A DNA stretch of 64,000 nucleotides from NCBI GenBank assembly GCA_012026925.1, contig VEPJ01000073.1, forward strand, positions 6,340 through 70,339, in the 5' to 3' direction. The number at the start of each line of letters is the position of its first letter. The stretch's first letter is position 1. Position numbers and translations under genes: made by a program. Below the pieces are notes generated by a model. It saw only the letters and a program-made list of their open reading frames with translations. It was not told the origin of the DNA and ran no database searches. Below are positions 1-9,668 of this stretch, one piece after another. Source of the DNA: Gammaproteobacteria bacterium (GTDB taxonomy: Bacteria; Pseudomonadota; Gammaproteobacteria; Steroidobacterales; Steroidobacteraceae).

Positions 1-1
1 C

Positions 2-289
2 CTGCGCCGCATCACGGGCTACCAGGACTTCGTGGACGAGGCGCCGCTCGACCTCGTGTACGTGGCCGACCATCGGCGCATGAAGCTCGTGCCGGTGGAC
101 CGGCGGGAGAGCTACGCATCGGTCGCGGCGGGCGCAATAACGCAGAACGTGTACCTCTATTGCGCCTCGACAGGGCTCGCCACGGTGATCCGTGCCTGGA
201 TCGATCGTTCCGCGATCGCCGACGCGCTCGGCCTGTCGCACGACGAGCAGGTGCTGCTGTCGCAGACCGTGGGCTACCCGACGCGCTAG
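2..289 (+). CDS. nitroreductase-fold protein, C-terminal fragment (5' end lies upstream of the window)
   Basis: The frame is open from base 2. The sequence ...LVYVADHRRMKL...AGAITQNVYLYCASTGLATVIRAWIDR...LLSQTVGYP looks like the C-terminal half of an FMN nitroreductase-family protein. TAG stop at 287-289. Confidence 0.5.
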   Translation: MRRITGYQDFVDEAPLDLVYVADHRRMKLVPVDRRESYASVAAGAITQNVYLYCASTGLATVIRAWIDRSAIADALGLSHDEQVLLSQTVGYPTR

Positions 290-326
290 GCTGGCCTCCA
301 GCACGCCGGTCAGCCACACTGCGGCG

Positions 327-968
327 ATGCAGGCCTCCGACCGGTATCCCGCCACCCTGCTCGTCTCGTTTGCCGCGATCTGGCTCGCGCTCGCAATCGC
401 GCCGTGGTACCGGCAGGACTGGCTGCTCGAGAACATGATCGTGTTCGTGTCGCTGCCGATCTTCGTCGGCACGTACCGGCGGCTGCGGTTCTCGAACCTC
501 GCCTACACCTGCCTCTTCGTGTTCCTGGTCCTGCACGAGGTCGGCGCGCACTACACCTACAGCGAGGTGCCGTGGCGCGAATGGCTGCAGGCGGCGGGTG
601 GGCCGGCTCCGTCCGGTCGCAATCACTACGACCGGTTCGTGCATTTCGCGTATGGCGTGCTGATCCTGCCGGCGAGCTGGGAGCTCATGGAGGCGCGCAT
701 GTCCCCGCGCGGGATCTGGCGGTACCTGATGCCGGTGTTCTTCGTGATGTCGCACTCGGTCATCTACGAGCTCGTCGAGTGGCTTGCGGCCGAGGTGTTC
801 GGCGGGGACCTGGGTGTCGCCTACCTGGGCACGCAGGGCGACCCGTGGGACGCGCAGAAGGACATGGCGCTCGCGGCGGGCGGGGCCGTGCTCGGCATGC
901 TCTGGATGGCGGCGCGCGCCCGGCGATTGGGAGAATCGGTGCCAGGAAAATCGGTGCCTGGCACCTGA
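327..968 (+). CDS. DUF2238/YjdF-like inner-membrane protein
   Basis: ATG at 327 (MQASDRYPATLLVSF...). Multi-TM protein with the HEVGAHYTYSEVP and DRFVHFAYGVL motifs typical of DUF2238. The last ~11 codons (ESVPGKSVPGT*) and the TGA at 966-968 are supplied by the palindromic element at 931-1040. Confidence 0.6.
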   Translation: MQASDRYPATLLVSFAAIWLALAIAPWYRQDWLLENMIVFVSLPIFVGTYRRLRFSNLAYTCLFVFLVLHEVGAHYTYSEVPWREWLQAAGGPAPSGRNHYDRFVHFAYGVLILPASWELMEARMSPRGIWRYLMPVFFVMSHSVIYELVEWLAAEVFGGDLGVAYLGTQGDPWDAQKDMALAAGGAVLGMLWMAARARRLGESVPGKSVPGT

Positions 969-1040
969 CCAGGTGCCTGGCACCGATTTTCCTGGCACCG
1001 ATTCTCCTGGCACCGATTTCACCGGTTTTCCCGATTTCCG
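931..1040. repeat. palindromic intergenic element, copy 1 (37-bp arms, 15-bp sub-repeat CCTGGCACCGATTnn)
   Basis: Arm 931-967 (GAGAATCGGTGCCAGGAAAATCGGTGCCTGGCACCTG) is the reverse complement of 970-1006 with one mismatch. Three tandem 15-bp units lie at 976-1020, and an ATTTCCG tail at 1034-1040 is shared with the elements at 37.2 kb and 51.3 kb. Confidence 0.85.
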
Positions 1041-1173
1041 CGACGCACGTCACATCGTGCGGGCACCTGGTCGCGCGTGACCACGACGGACAGTGACCTG
1101 CGTCGCCAACCTGTTCCAATACCAATTCTAAGATCGCTCCAGACATCCATGTGGGTGTCCGGACGCATCACTC

Positions 1174-3054
1174 GTGAGCCTGTACTCGAAGGTGGTTCTG
1201 CTGCTCTGTGCGTTGTTCGCAACGTACGGGGCCGTCGACTACGCCGTGCAGCGCGAGGTGATCCTGCCGAGCTTCGAGACGCTCGAGGCCGATCTCGCCC
1301 GCACCGCCATGGACCGGGTGCGCCGGGCGATCGAGAGCGAGCTCGACCAGCTGCAGACGTTCAGCGCCGACTGGGGCAACTGGCTCGAGACCTACCAGTA
1401 CATGGCCGGCGAGAACCCCGCGTTCATCGAGGAGAACATGACCCCGGTGACGCTCGAAGACGCCGGTCTCGACGTCGTCGCCTACCTGGACAACGACGCG
1501 CGCTTCGTGTGGCGGAAGGGGCTCGATCCCGCGACCCACGCCGATCTCGACTACGCCATGCTGCACGGCGACGGCCTCGGTCCCTCGCATCCATTCTTCG
1601 ACGCCGTCCGCAAGGGGGAACTGGCCAAGGGCATCGTCGTCACCGAGCATGGGCCGGCGATGATCGTGACGGCCCCGGTGCTCGATGGCGGCGGCAACGG
1701 CCCGCACCGCGGGTCGGTACTGCTCGCGCGTGTCATCACGCCCGAAGTGGCCGCCCGGATCGGCGAGCAGGCCCAGGTCAACCTGAAAGTCATCACGCCG
1801 CCGTTGGCGCTGGCTCCGGACGCAGGCCACGCGTCTTTGCTCGAGCCCAGGGTCGTGACGCACGAACTGACCAACCAGGTCTTCCTGAACCTCGAGGACA
1901 TCTTCGCCCGGCCGTCGGTCATGCTGCGGATCGAATCGCCCCGCGCCGTGAGCGCGCAGGGGCGCGACGCGATCGGCTACGCGCTGCTCTCCCTCTTCAT
2001 TGCGGGCGTCATCGTCCTCATCGTGCTGGCGATCGCCCTGCGTCGCATGGTCCTGCGCCCGGTCAGCAGGCTCACGCAGCATGCCGTCGAGATCGGTGAG
2101 GGCGACGACCTGTCGAAGCGCATGAACGTCAGGCGCCAGGATGAAATCGGCATCCTCGCCCGCGAGTTCGACCGGATGGTGGACAAGCTGGCCGACGCCC
2201 GCCGTCGCCTGGTGGACCAGTCCTACGAGGCCGGCGCCGCGCACGTATCGAGCGGCGTGCTCCACAACATCGGCAACGCGATGACGCCCCTCGCGGTGTC
2301 GGTCGCGACGCTGCAGCAGCGGTTGCGAGCCGCGCCTTCGGGCGAGATCGAGATGGTGATTGCCGAGATCGAGGCCGGAACGAGCGACCCGGCGCGACGC
2401 GCGGACCTCGAGCTCTTCCTGCGACTCGCCGGGCGGGAGCTCGCGCAGGTCGTCGGCCGCGCGGGAGACGACCTCGCGGCGATCGAGCGGCAGACGGAGG
2501 TGATCCAGGCTACGCTGGCCCAGCAGCTGCAGGCTTCTCGCCGCGGACCGGTCGTCGAGAACGTGGCGCTCGCGGCACTCATCGAGCAGGGCGTGGAGAT
2601 GGTGCCGCCGAAGCTGCGGCAGCGCCTGTCGATCGAGCTCGACGAATCGGTGCACCAGGCGGGAGTCCTGTCCCTGCCCCGCATCACGATGCAGCAGGTC
2701 GTGCAGAACGTCGTCCAGAACGCCGCAGAAGCGGTGCGCGGCCCGGGCGATGGTCGAGGCCGGCTGGCAATCTCCTCGGCCGTTGCGTTCGCCGCCGATG
2801 GCCGGGAAATGCTGACGCTGCGGTTCTCCGATGACGGCGCGGGCATCGCTCCGGACGATCTCCCGCGGGTCTTCGAGAAGGGCTTCTCGACCAAGTCGCG
2901 CGACACGAACCACGGCATCGGGCTGCACTGGTGCGCCAACGCCGTCAACGCGCTCGGCGGACACATGCGCGCCGAGAGCGGCGCGGCGGGTGGTGCGACC
3001 TTCCTCGTCGCCTTGCCCCTGCGGCAAACGGGCCACGCCGCCGAGGCCGCCTGA
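1174..3054 (+). CDS. sensor histidine kinase with CHASE4-like periplasmic domain and HAMP
   Basis: GTG start at 1174. N-terminal TM ([13 protein letters not shown]), a CHASE4-like sensor region, a second TM ([19 protein letters not shown]) and HAMP ([16 protein letters not shown]). H-box [13 protein letters not shown] and HATPase N/G boxes ([23 protein letters not shown]). Confidence 0.85.
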   Translation: MSLYSKVVLLLCALFATYGAVDYAVQREVILPSFETLEADLARTAMDRVRRAIESELDQLQTFSADWGNWLETYQYMAGENPAFIEENMTPVTLEDAGLDVVAYLDNDARFVWRKGLDPATHADLDYAMLHGDGLGPSHPFFDAVRKGELAKGIVVTEHGPAMIVTAPVLDGGGNGPHRGSVLLARVITPEVAARIGEQAQVNLKVITPPLALAPDAGHASLLEPRVVTHELTNQVFLNLEDIFARPSVMLRIESPRAVSAQGRDAIGYALLSLFIAGVIVLIVLAIALRRMVLRPVSRLTQHAVEIGEGDDLSKRMNVRRQDEIGILAREFDRMVDKLADARRRLVDQSYEAGAAHVSSGVLHNIGNAMTPLAVSVATLQQRLRAAPSGEIEMVIAEIEAGTSDPARRADLELFLRLAGRELAQVVGRAGDDLAAIERQTEVIQATLAQQLQASRRGPVVENVALAALIEQGVEMVPPKLRQRLSIELDESVHQAGVLSLPRITMQQVVQNVVQNAAEAVRGPGDGRGRLAISSAVAFAADGREMLTLRFSDDGAGIAPDDLPRVFEKGFSTKSRDTNHGIGLHWCANAVNALGGHMRAESGAAGGATFLVALPLRQTGHAAEAA

Positions 3055-3065
3055 GGCCGGCGACG

Positions 3066-4976
3066 ATGCAGTCATCCGGCCGGAAACCACTCCGAGTACT
3101 CGTCGTAGACGACGAACAGCCCGTGCTGGATGCATACCGGCAGGTCCTCGGCGCCCAGGCCCCGAACCCGGACCGCGCGGCAATCGACCAATTGCGCACG
3201 CGCCTGTTCGTGGCCGGTGGCAATCCCGCCCTGATGTCGAAAATGCCGCCCGAGTCGCCGTTGTTCGACGCGGTGTTCTGCAATGGGGCCGAGGCGGCGG
3301 TCGAGGCCGTCCGCGCCGCCTGCGCGGCCGATCGCCCGTTCGCCGTGGCGTTCCTCGACATGCGCATGCCGCCCGGACCGGACGGGATCTGGACCGCGCA
3401 GCGGATCCGCGAGATCGACAAGCAGGTCGAACTCGTCTTCTGCACCGCCTACTCCGACGTGGATCCGGCCGACATCGGCCGCCGCGTCCCTCCCGCAGAC
3501 AAGCTCTTCTACCTGCAGAAGCCATTCCACCCGCACGAGATTCGCCAGATGGCGCTCGCGCTGGGCGAGAAGCGCTCGAACTCCGATCAGCGCATCACCG
3601 AGCTGTCGGAGTTCGACGGGCTCACCGGCCTGCCGAACCGCGCGCGCATCCTGCAGCTGCTCAAGGAATCCGTCGAGTCGGCAAGGCGGAACGGGCACAT
3701 GCTGGCCGTGCTGTACGTGGACCTCGACAACTTCCGGCGCATCAACGACGTGCTCGGCCACATCGTGGGCGACGAGCTGATACGCCGCGTCGCCGCGCGC
3801 TTCCGCGAGATCCTCCGCCGCGACGACGACGTTGCGCGCGCCACGGACGCGGGCGGCGCCGGATTCGAAGTGGCGCGATTGAGCGGCGACCAGTTCATCG
3901 TGCTGCTGCACTCCATTCGCGAGCCGAAGGACGCGGCCGTCGTCGCCGAGCGCCTGGCACGGCCGCTGCAGAGTGCGGAAGGTACGGACGTCGCGCCGGT
4001 GTCGCTGACCGCGAGCGTCGGCATCGCCGTGTATCCCCTGGACAGCGCCGACGACAATGGCCTGCTGAGGCAGTCCGGCATCGCCATGTACAGCGCCAAG
4101 CGGCGCGGGCGCGGCGGTTGTGCCTTCTTCGATGCGACCATGAACGAGGGTGCCCAGGCGCGCTTCAGCATCGAGAGCCAGCTCGCGGGCGCGATGGGAC
4201 GCGATGAGTTCTCGCTGCACTACCAGCCGCAATTCGACCTCTCGACTGGAAAGATCTCCGGAGTGGAGGCGCTGTTGCGCTGGAACAATTCCGAGCTGGG
4301 CCGCATCTCGCCCGACGAGTTCATTCCGCTCGCGGAGGAGACCGGCCTGATCCTGCCGATCGGCGAGTGGACGCTCCGGACCGCTTGTCGGCAGATGCGG
4401 GAGTGGATCGACATGGACCTGTCGCCGGGTCGCGTGGCCGTCAACGTGTCCCCGGTGCAGTTCACCCAGCGGAACTTCTGCACGGTGGTCGCGGACGTCC
4501 TGCGCGAGACCGGCCTCCCGGCCGAACGCCTCGAACTCGAGATCACCGAGTCGCTGATGATGCGCGACGAGGAATGGACGCGGGAGGTGCTGGCCGAGCT
4601 GCGGCGCATCGGCGTATCGGTCGCGATCGACGATTTCGGCATGGGTTACTCGAGCCTGGGGCGCCTGGGTGCGATCGCCGTCAATCGCCTCAAGATCGAC
4701 CGCTCGTTCGTGCACAGTGCCGACACCCTCGGCCGGCACGCCACGATCGTGAGCGCAATCGTCTCGATGGCGCGGGCGCTTGGGCTGCAGGTCGTCGCCG
4801 AAGGCGTCGAGAACTTCAACCAGCTGCTGCACCTGCAGGACCAGCAGTGCAACGAGGTGCAGGGATTCCTGCTGAGCAAGCCGCTGCCGGCGTCGGAGGC
4901 GACCGAGTTGCTCGAGCGGCTCCAGTCGAGCACCGCGACGAGCCGCACGATGCGCCTGCGCTCCCTCGCTGGGTAA
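3066..4976 (+). CDS. response regulator with receiver, degenerate GGDEF and EAL domains (c-di-GMP phosphodiesterase type)
   Basis: ATG at 3066, 11 nt after the kinase stop. Receiver (RVLVVDDEQ...FLDMRMP). GGDEF-domain fold in which the signature reads SGDQF. EAL motifs are intact ([35 protein letters not shown]). Confidence 0.9.
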   Translation: MQSSGRKPLRVLVVDDEQPVLDAYRQVLGAQAPNPDRAAIDQLRTRLFVAGGNPALMSKMPPESPLFDAVFCNGAEAAVEAVRAACAADRPFAVAFLDMRMPPGPDGIWTAQRIREIDKQVELVFCTAYSDVDPADIGRRVPPADKLFYLQKPFHPHEIRQMALALGEKRSNSDQRITELSEFDGLTGLPNRARILQLLKESVESARRNGHMLAVLYVDLDNFRRINDVLGHIVGDELIRRVAARFREILRRDDDVARATDAGGAGFEVARLSGDQFIVLLHSIREPKDAAVVAERLARPLQSAEGTDVAPVSLTASVGIAVYPLDSADDNGLLRQSGIAMYSAKRRGRGGCAFFDATMNEGAQARFSIESQLAGAMGRDEFSLHYQPQFDLSTGKISGVEALLRWNNSELGRISPDEFIPLAEETGLILPIGEWTLRTACRQMREWIDMDLSPGRVAVNVSPVQFTQRNFCTVVADVLRETGLPAERLELEITESLMMRDEEWTREVLAELRRIGVSVAIDDFGMGYSSLGRLGAIAVNRLKIDRSFVHSADTLGRHATIVSAIVSMARALGLQVVAEGVENFNQLLHLQDQQCNEVQGFLLSKPLPASEATELLERLQSSTATSRTMRLRSLAG

Positions 4977-4996
4977 AGGGGACGCTTCCCTTTTTA
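4976..4996. terminator. putative bidirectional hairpin terminator between convergent genes
   Basis: AAAGGGGACGCTTCCCTTTTT lies directly after the TAA at 4974-4976 and before the stop of the minus-strand gene at 4994. Short GC stem with A/T runs on both sides. Confidence 0.4.
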
Positions 4997-6691
4997 TCCG
5001 TACAGGGCCTCGATCTCCGCCCGATATTTCTCCTGGATCGGCTTGCGCTTCAGCTTCGACGTCGGCGTCAGCTCGTCGCCGCCCGGCTGCCAGTCCGTGC
5101 CCACCACGGCAAAACGCTTGATCTGCTCGACCCGCGACAACCCGGCATTGGCCGTCTCGACCGCCGCGCTCAGCGTGGCTCGCAGGTCCTCGTTGCGACT
5201 GATCTCGCCGAGCTGCGGACTCAGCCCGCGCTCCGACGCCCAGCGCGCAATCGCCTCGGGATCCAGCGCCAGCAATGCCACGTTGTAAGGGCGTCGATCG
5301 CCAACGCAGACGGCGTACGCGATGAGCGGGCTCGACCCGCGCAGCCGGTACTCGATGTTCGCCGGCGACATGTTCTTGCCGGCCGAGTTGATGATGATCT
5401 CCTTCTTGCGATCGACGATCGTGACGTAGCCGTCGCCATCGATCGTGGCCACATCGCCCGTGTGCAGCCACCCGTCGGCATCCAGCGCCTCCGCCGTGCG
5501 CTCCGGATCGCCGCGATAGCCCTTCATCACGAGCGGCGCGCGGACCAGCAATTCGCCGTCGTCGAGCAGCTTCAGTTCGACGCCCGGCAATGCCCGGCCG
5601 ACCGTGCCCAGCCGCACGTCGCGCGGCGGATTGAGCGTCGCGAAGCACGACAACTCCGACATCCCCCAGCCTTCGTTGAGCGTGACGCCGAGGTCGCTGA
5701 AATACCGCAGCACGTCGGGCGATGCCGGGGCGGCGCTGCTGATGCACCAGTCGGCCTGGTCGAGGCCGATCCTCGCGCGCACCGCGGCCTTCACGGGCTC
5801 CGGCAACTGGGCGGGCGAACCGAGCCCGGCCCCCTCGAGCGCGCCCTTGATCTTTTCCCAGACGCGCGGCACCGCACCGAACGACGTCGGGCGTACGGAC
5901 CCGAGGGCCGCCCCGATCTGCTTGTAATCCGGGAGCGAGGTGACCACGTTTCCATAGCAAAGCGATCCCGCGTAGTGCGTGAGTGCGCGGTCGCCGACGT
6001 GCGCGGACGGCAGGTACGAGATCGTGCGTCCACCGAGCCGCACCGGGATTGCGCTCGCGACGGAGCGCGCCTCGAACATCACGCTCGCGTGAGTGAGCTG
6101 CACGGCCTTCGGCGGCCCCGTGGTCCCGGAGGTGTAGATGAGCGTGACGACATCGCCCGGCTGGACCGCGCGCCAGGTATCCTCGAAATGAAAGCCCCGA
6201 GAGTGGCGCTGGACGAGGTCCTGCAGCGCGGTCGTGCCCTCCGCCTCGCCGTCCACCAGCACGATGTGCTCCAGCTCCGGCGTGCGCGCGGTGAGGATCC
6301 TGGGCAGGAACAAGCGTTCCGTGATCACGACGCGGTTGCCCGCGTTCCTGAACAGATAATTGATCTGCTCGGGGCTCAACGTGTTGTAGACCGAGAACGT
6401 CGTGGCACCGGCGTGCATCGCCCCGACGTCGGCCACGCCGAACTCCGGCCGGTTCAGCATCATCAACCCGACGGTGTCTCCCGACCGGACGCCGAGCGAG
6501 TGCAGGCCCGTGGCGACGCCACGCACGCGTTCGGCGAATTCGCCGAAGGTGAACTCGATACTGCCGTCGGCCAGGCGGTGGGCGACCTGTCCCGCGCGCT
6601 CGGCGACCGTCGCCTGGAACGCGCCGCACAGCGTGTCCGCCTCGAGTGCCCGGATGCGATTGCCCTCGATGTCGCGGATGTCGAACGTCAT
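4994..6691 (-). CDS. AMP-dependent acyl-CoA synthetase (long-chain-fatty-acid--CoA ligase type)
   Basis: 565-aa ORF with the AMP-binding signature LIYTSGTTGPPKAV, plus GWLHTGD and DRKKEII motifs. Confidence 0.85.
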   Translation of the reverse strand: MTFDIRDIEGNRIRALEADTLCGAFQATVAERAGQVAHRLADGSIEFTFGEFAERVRGVATGLHSLGVRSGDTVGLMMLNRPEFGVADVGAMHAGATTFSVYNTLSPEQINYLFRNAGNRVVITERLFLPRILTARTPELEHIVLVDGEAEGTTALQDLVQRHSRGFHFEDTWRAVQPGDVVTLIYTSGTTGPPKAVQLTHASVMFEARSVASAIPVRLGGRTISYLPSAHVGDRALTHYAGSLCYGNVVTSLPDYKQIGAALGSVRPTSFGAVPRVWEKIKGALEGAGLGSPAQLPEPVKAAVRARIGLDQADWCISSAAPASPDVLRYFSDLGVTLNEGWGMSELSCFATLNPPRDVRLGTVGRALPGVELKLLDDGELLVRAPLVMKGYRGDPERTAEALDADGWLHTGDVATIDGDGYVTIVDRKKEIIINSAGKNMSPANIEYRLRGSSPLIAYAVCVGDRRPYNVALLALDPEAIARWASERGLSPQLGEISRNEDLRATLSAAVETANAGLSRVEQIKRFAVVGTDWQPGGDELTPTSKLKRKPIQEKYRAEIEALYG

Positions 6692-7584
6692 TTATTCCCC
6701 CGCCAATCCGCCAGCGGCCGGCTCGCTTCCGACGCGATCGGCTCGCCGCTGTCCCGCTCCCGCACGGCCTGCCTGAAGCCGACCTCCTCCGCGCGCTGCT
6801 TGAACCAGAGGCCCTCGGGACTGTGCCGCGTGATCCCGTCGAACAGGGTCGCGAATCGCTGCGTGTTCGCGAGCCCCATGGCGTCGTAGGCCTGGTTCAC
6901 CATCATCTTCTGCATCATGAGCTGGTTCTTCGGCACGGAGGCGATGCGGGCGGCGAGCGCTGCGACTCGTGCATCGAGGTTCGCCCGTGGCACGGCTTCG
7001 AGCACCAGCCCGAGTCGCGCCGCCTCGCGGCCGTCCACCAGGTCGCCGGTGAACAACATGCGCTTGGCCCGCTCCGCCCCGAGGCGATAGACCCACATCG
7101 CCGTCGTCGGACAACCCCACACGCGCGCCGGCGGATAACCGATCACCGCCTCTTCCGCCATGACCACGAGGTCGCAGCAGAGGGCGATGTCGCTGCCGCC
7201 CGCGACCGCCGGGCCGTGCACGCGCGCGATCGTGGGCTTGAAGCTCCGCCACAGCGACATGAATTGCTGGGTGAACCCGTACATGCCGAAGAAATCGGCC
7301 ATCGGGTCCCAGGGGCGTGCGTCGCCGCCGCCGGCACCCAACTGCGAACCCGGCTGCTCGCCCGGCTTCTCGGCGAACTCGACGAGGTCGTAGCCGCTGC
7401 AGAATCCCTCGCCCGCGCCAGTGAGGACGATGACGTGCACGCCATCGTCGCTATTGGCCGCCTCCACGGCGGCGGCGATCTCCCCCGGCATCTCGAGGCT
7501 GATGGCGTTCATGCGCCCGGGACGATTGAGCGTGATCGTGGCTATCCGCCCGTCGACGGCGTAAGTGATGGCTCGGTACGACAT
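6688..7584 (-). CDS. enoyl-CoA hydratase/isomerase (crotonase) family protein
   Basis: Crotonase fold ([13 protein letters not shown]..., [29 protein letters not shown]). 4-nt overlap with the downstream acyl-CoA synthetase start. Confidence 0.85.
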   Translation of the reverse strand: MSYRAITYAVDGRIATITLNRPGRMNAISLEMPGEIAAAVEAANSDDGVHVIVLTGAGEGFCSGYDLVEFAEKPGEQPGSQLGAGGGDARPWDPMADFFGMYGFTQQFMSLWRSFKPTIARVHGPAVAGGSDIALCCDLVVMAEEAVIGYPPARVWGCPTTAMWVYRLGAERAKRMLFTGDLVDGREAARLGLVLEAVPRANLDARVAALAARIASVPKNQLMMQKMMVNQAYDAMGLANTQRFATLFDGITRHSPEGLWFKQRAEEVGFRQAVRERDSGEPIASEASRPLADWRGNK

Positions 7585-7748
7585 GCCTTCCCCCGGGCAG
7601 GAGCCTGTTTTCGTCGACTTTACATCAGGTTGCGCGGAGATGCGCCACCGGAAGACCCGGCGCCCGGACCCGGCCGCATCGTGAGCCCGTTACAATGTGG
7701 CGTACATCGACCGGCCGGATCGACGGCCGACCCACAAGGAGTCTGTTC

Positions 7749-8615
7749 ATGATGCGGATCCTGCTGTTCGTCGCCACGAACGTCGCCGTGCTGGTGGTGA
7801 TATCGATCGTCTTGCGACTGCTCGGCATCGACCAGGCGCTGGCCAACCAGGGCGGCATGGGACCCCTGCTCGCCTTCTCGGCCGTGGTCGGCTTCACGGG
7901 CGCGATCATCTCGCTGCTGATGTCGAAGTTCGTGGCGAAGATGTCGACGCGGGCGCAGGTCGTCACGGGCTCCGAGGGCGAGGCCCAGCGCTGGCTGGTG
8001 GACACGGTCAAGCGCCTGGCGGACAAGGCCGGCATCGGCATGCCGGAAGTGGCGATCTACGACGGCCCGCCGAACGCTTTTGCCACGGGCGCGTTCCGCA
8101 ACTCCGCGCTGGTCGCGGTCTCGACGGGCCTGCTGCAGAGCATGAACCGCGAGGAAGTCGAGGCGGTCCTCGGCCACGAGATCGGTCACGTCGCGAACGG
8201 CGACATGGTCACCATGACTCTCATCCAGGGCGTCTTGAACACGTTCGTCGTGTTCCTGTCGCGCGTGGTCGGATCCATCGTGGACAAGACGGTGTTCCGC
8301 ACCGAGCGCGGCACGGGCCCCGGCTACTTCATTACCGTCATCGTGTGCCAGATCCTGCTCGGCATCCTCGCGTCGATGATCGTCGCGTGGTTCTCGCGGC
8401 GCCGCGAGTTCCGCGCGGACGCTGCGTCGGCCGGACTGCTGGGATCGCCGAACCCGATGGTGAACGCACTGAAGCGGCTCGGTGGCCTCGAGCCCACGTC
8501 GCTGCCGCCCGCGCTCAAGGCCTTCGGGATCAACGACAAGCCCGGGTTCATGGCGCTGTTCTCGTCGCACCCGCCGATCGAGCAGCGCATCGCAGCGCTG
8601 CAGCAGCGAACCTGA
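7749..8615 (+). CDS. htpX: membrane zinc protease HtpX
   Basis: ATG at 7749 ([17 protein letters not shown]...). [11 protein letters not shown] zinc motif, four TM segments and a C-terminal [13 protein letters not shown]. Confidence 0.9.
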   Translation: MMRILLFVATNVAVLVVISIVLRLLGIDQALANQGGMGPLLAFSAVVGFTGAIISLLMSKFVAKMSTRAQVVTGSEGEAQRWLVDTVKRLADKAGIGMPEVAIYDGPPNAFATGAFRNSALVAVSTGLLQSMNREEVEAVLGHEIGHVANGDMVTMTLIQGVLNTFVVFLSRVVGSIVDKTVFRTERGTGPGYFITVIVCQILLGILASMIVAWFSRRREFRADAASAGLLGSPNPMVNALKRLGGLEPTSLPPALKAFGINDKPGFMALFSSHPPIEQRIAALQQRT

Positions 8616-8624
8616 GGACGAAAA

Positions 8625-8646
8625 GGGGCGGCCGCCCGGCCGCCCC
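8625..8646. terminator. GC-rich hairpin between convergent htpX and the cytochrome c gene
   Basis: GGGGCGGCCG-CC-CGGCCGCCCC palindrome, preceded by AAAA on the plus strand. Confidence 0.45.
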
Positions 8647-8654
8647 CGGCGATC

Positions 8655-9464
8655 CTACTTGCAGACCGGATCCGTGCTGGCCGGCGTGCAATACGGCTCG
8701 GCGTGCGGAATCGCCTGCAGGTACTCGAAGATCGCCCGCAGGTCGCGATCCGTCATGTCCTGGTATGCGGGCCAGGGCATGACCTGCAGCAGCGAACTGA
8801 TCTGGGCGTGTGCCTGGTCGGGATCCCAACCCGTCCGCATGGCCTTCACGAACTCAGCGTAGCGCTCCTCTTCCGTGGCGGTGCTCGCTGGATCCGGGGT
8901 CAGGTTGCGCGACACGAAGGGACCGAAAGGCCGCCCGCCTGCCAGGTAGTGCGCAGCGTTGACCGCCTTGGGCTGACCCTTGTAGGGATCGCCGTTCGGC
9001 GCCCAGTTCGGCCACGTGTGGCAGTCGCCGCAGCCGCCCTGGGCGTTCACGATGTAGCTGCCGAGCGCCACCAGTGCGCGGTTGCGGCCCTGCAGGTCGA
9101 GCGGTACGGGCGCGATCGCCAGTCCCTGCTGGATCTTCGACTCGTCGGAATCGTCGCCCTGGCCGTTGCCAGAGCCGCTCCCGTTGCCATTGCCGTTGCC
9201 ATTGCCAGGGTCGTTCGCGTTGCCGGAGCCCTTGCCGTTGCTCGAACCCTTCGTATTGTTCGAGGACTTGGCATTCTTCGAGCCCTTGGTGCTCGTCGAG
9301 ATCCTGCAGGGCCCCGGGTCGGCGAGGCCGCCCGTCGCGCTCGACTGGCCGCCGGCAGCCGACGTGTCGGGCGTGGCGACACACGGGTCCTTGGTCCCGG
9401 CCTGCGCATCGGCCCCGGCAGCGAGACCGGCCAGCATCAGGGCCGCAATCATCAGGTGTCTCAT
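8655..9464 (-). CDS. secreted monohaem c-type cytochrome with a Gly/Asn/Ser-rich linker
   Basis: ATG at 9464 preceded by GGGAGGA. Signal peptide MRHLMIAALMLAGLAAGADA, low-complexity stretch ...GNGNGNGNGSGSGNGQG..., a single CGDCH haem motif and a downstream Met-rich region (LLQVMPWPAYQDM). Confidence 0.7.
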   Translation of the reverse strand: MRHLMIAALMLAGLAAGADAQAGTKDPCVATPDTSAAGGQSSATGGLADPGPCRISTSTKGSKNAKSSNNTKGSSNGKGSGNANDPGNGNGNGNGSGSGNGQGDDSDESKIQQGLAIAPVPLDLQGRNRALVALGSYIVNAQGGCGDCHTWPNWAPNGDPYKGQPKAVNAAHYLAGGRPFGPFVSRNLTPDPASTATEEERYAEFVKAMRTGWDPDQAHAQISSLLQVMPWPAYQDMTDRDLRAIFEYLQAIPHAEPYCTPASTDPVCK

Positions 9465-9668
9465 CGCATCCTCCCGCGTCCGCCTGGACGCCTGCAGCAG
9501 CCCGAAGGTACACCCGATCGCAGCGCAAGATGCGCTGCACGTGACATAAGCGCCCGGGCGGCCGCCGGCACGAGTCCTAGGTTTAAGCCGAAAGGCCGGC
9601 AAGGTTAAACGCAGCACCCGTCGCGACGCGCATGCGGCATCATTTGTCGATTCCCCGGAGCGACAACC

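Noticed and set aside
1168-6629. Very long minus-strand ORFs (785 aa at 1168-3525 and 1185 aa at 3072-6629) overlapping the kinase and response-regulator genes
   Set aside because: Their translations are Arg/Ala/Gly/Pro-rich with no recognisable motifs. They lie antisense or out of frame to genes with clear domain signatures. This is the typical stop-codon-poor artefact of GC-rich DNA.
9476-9668. Hairpin GCAGCGC-AAGAT-GCGCTGC (about 9519-9539) and GTTTAA...TTAAAC inverted repeat in the divergent region between the cytochrome c gene and the S51 gene
   Set aside because: They could be operator sites. They are short, unsupported by any recognisable consensus, and could easily occur by chance, so I do not report them as features.
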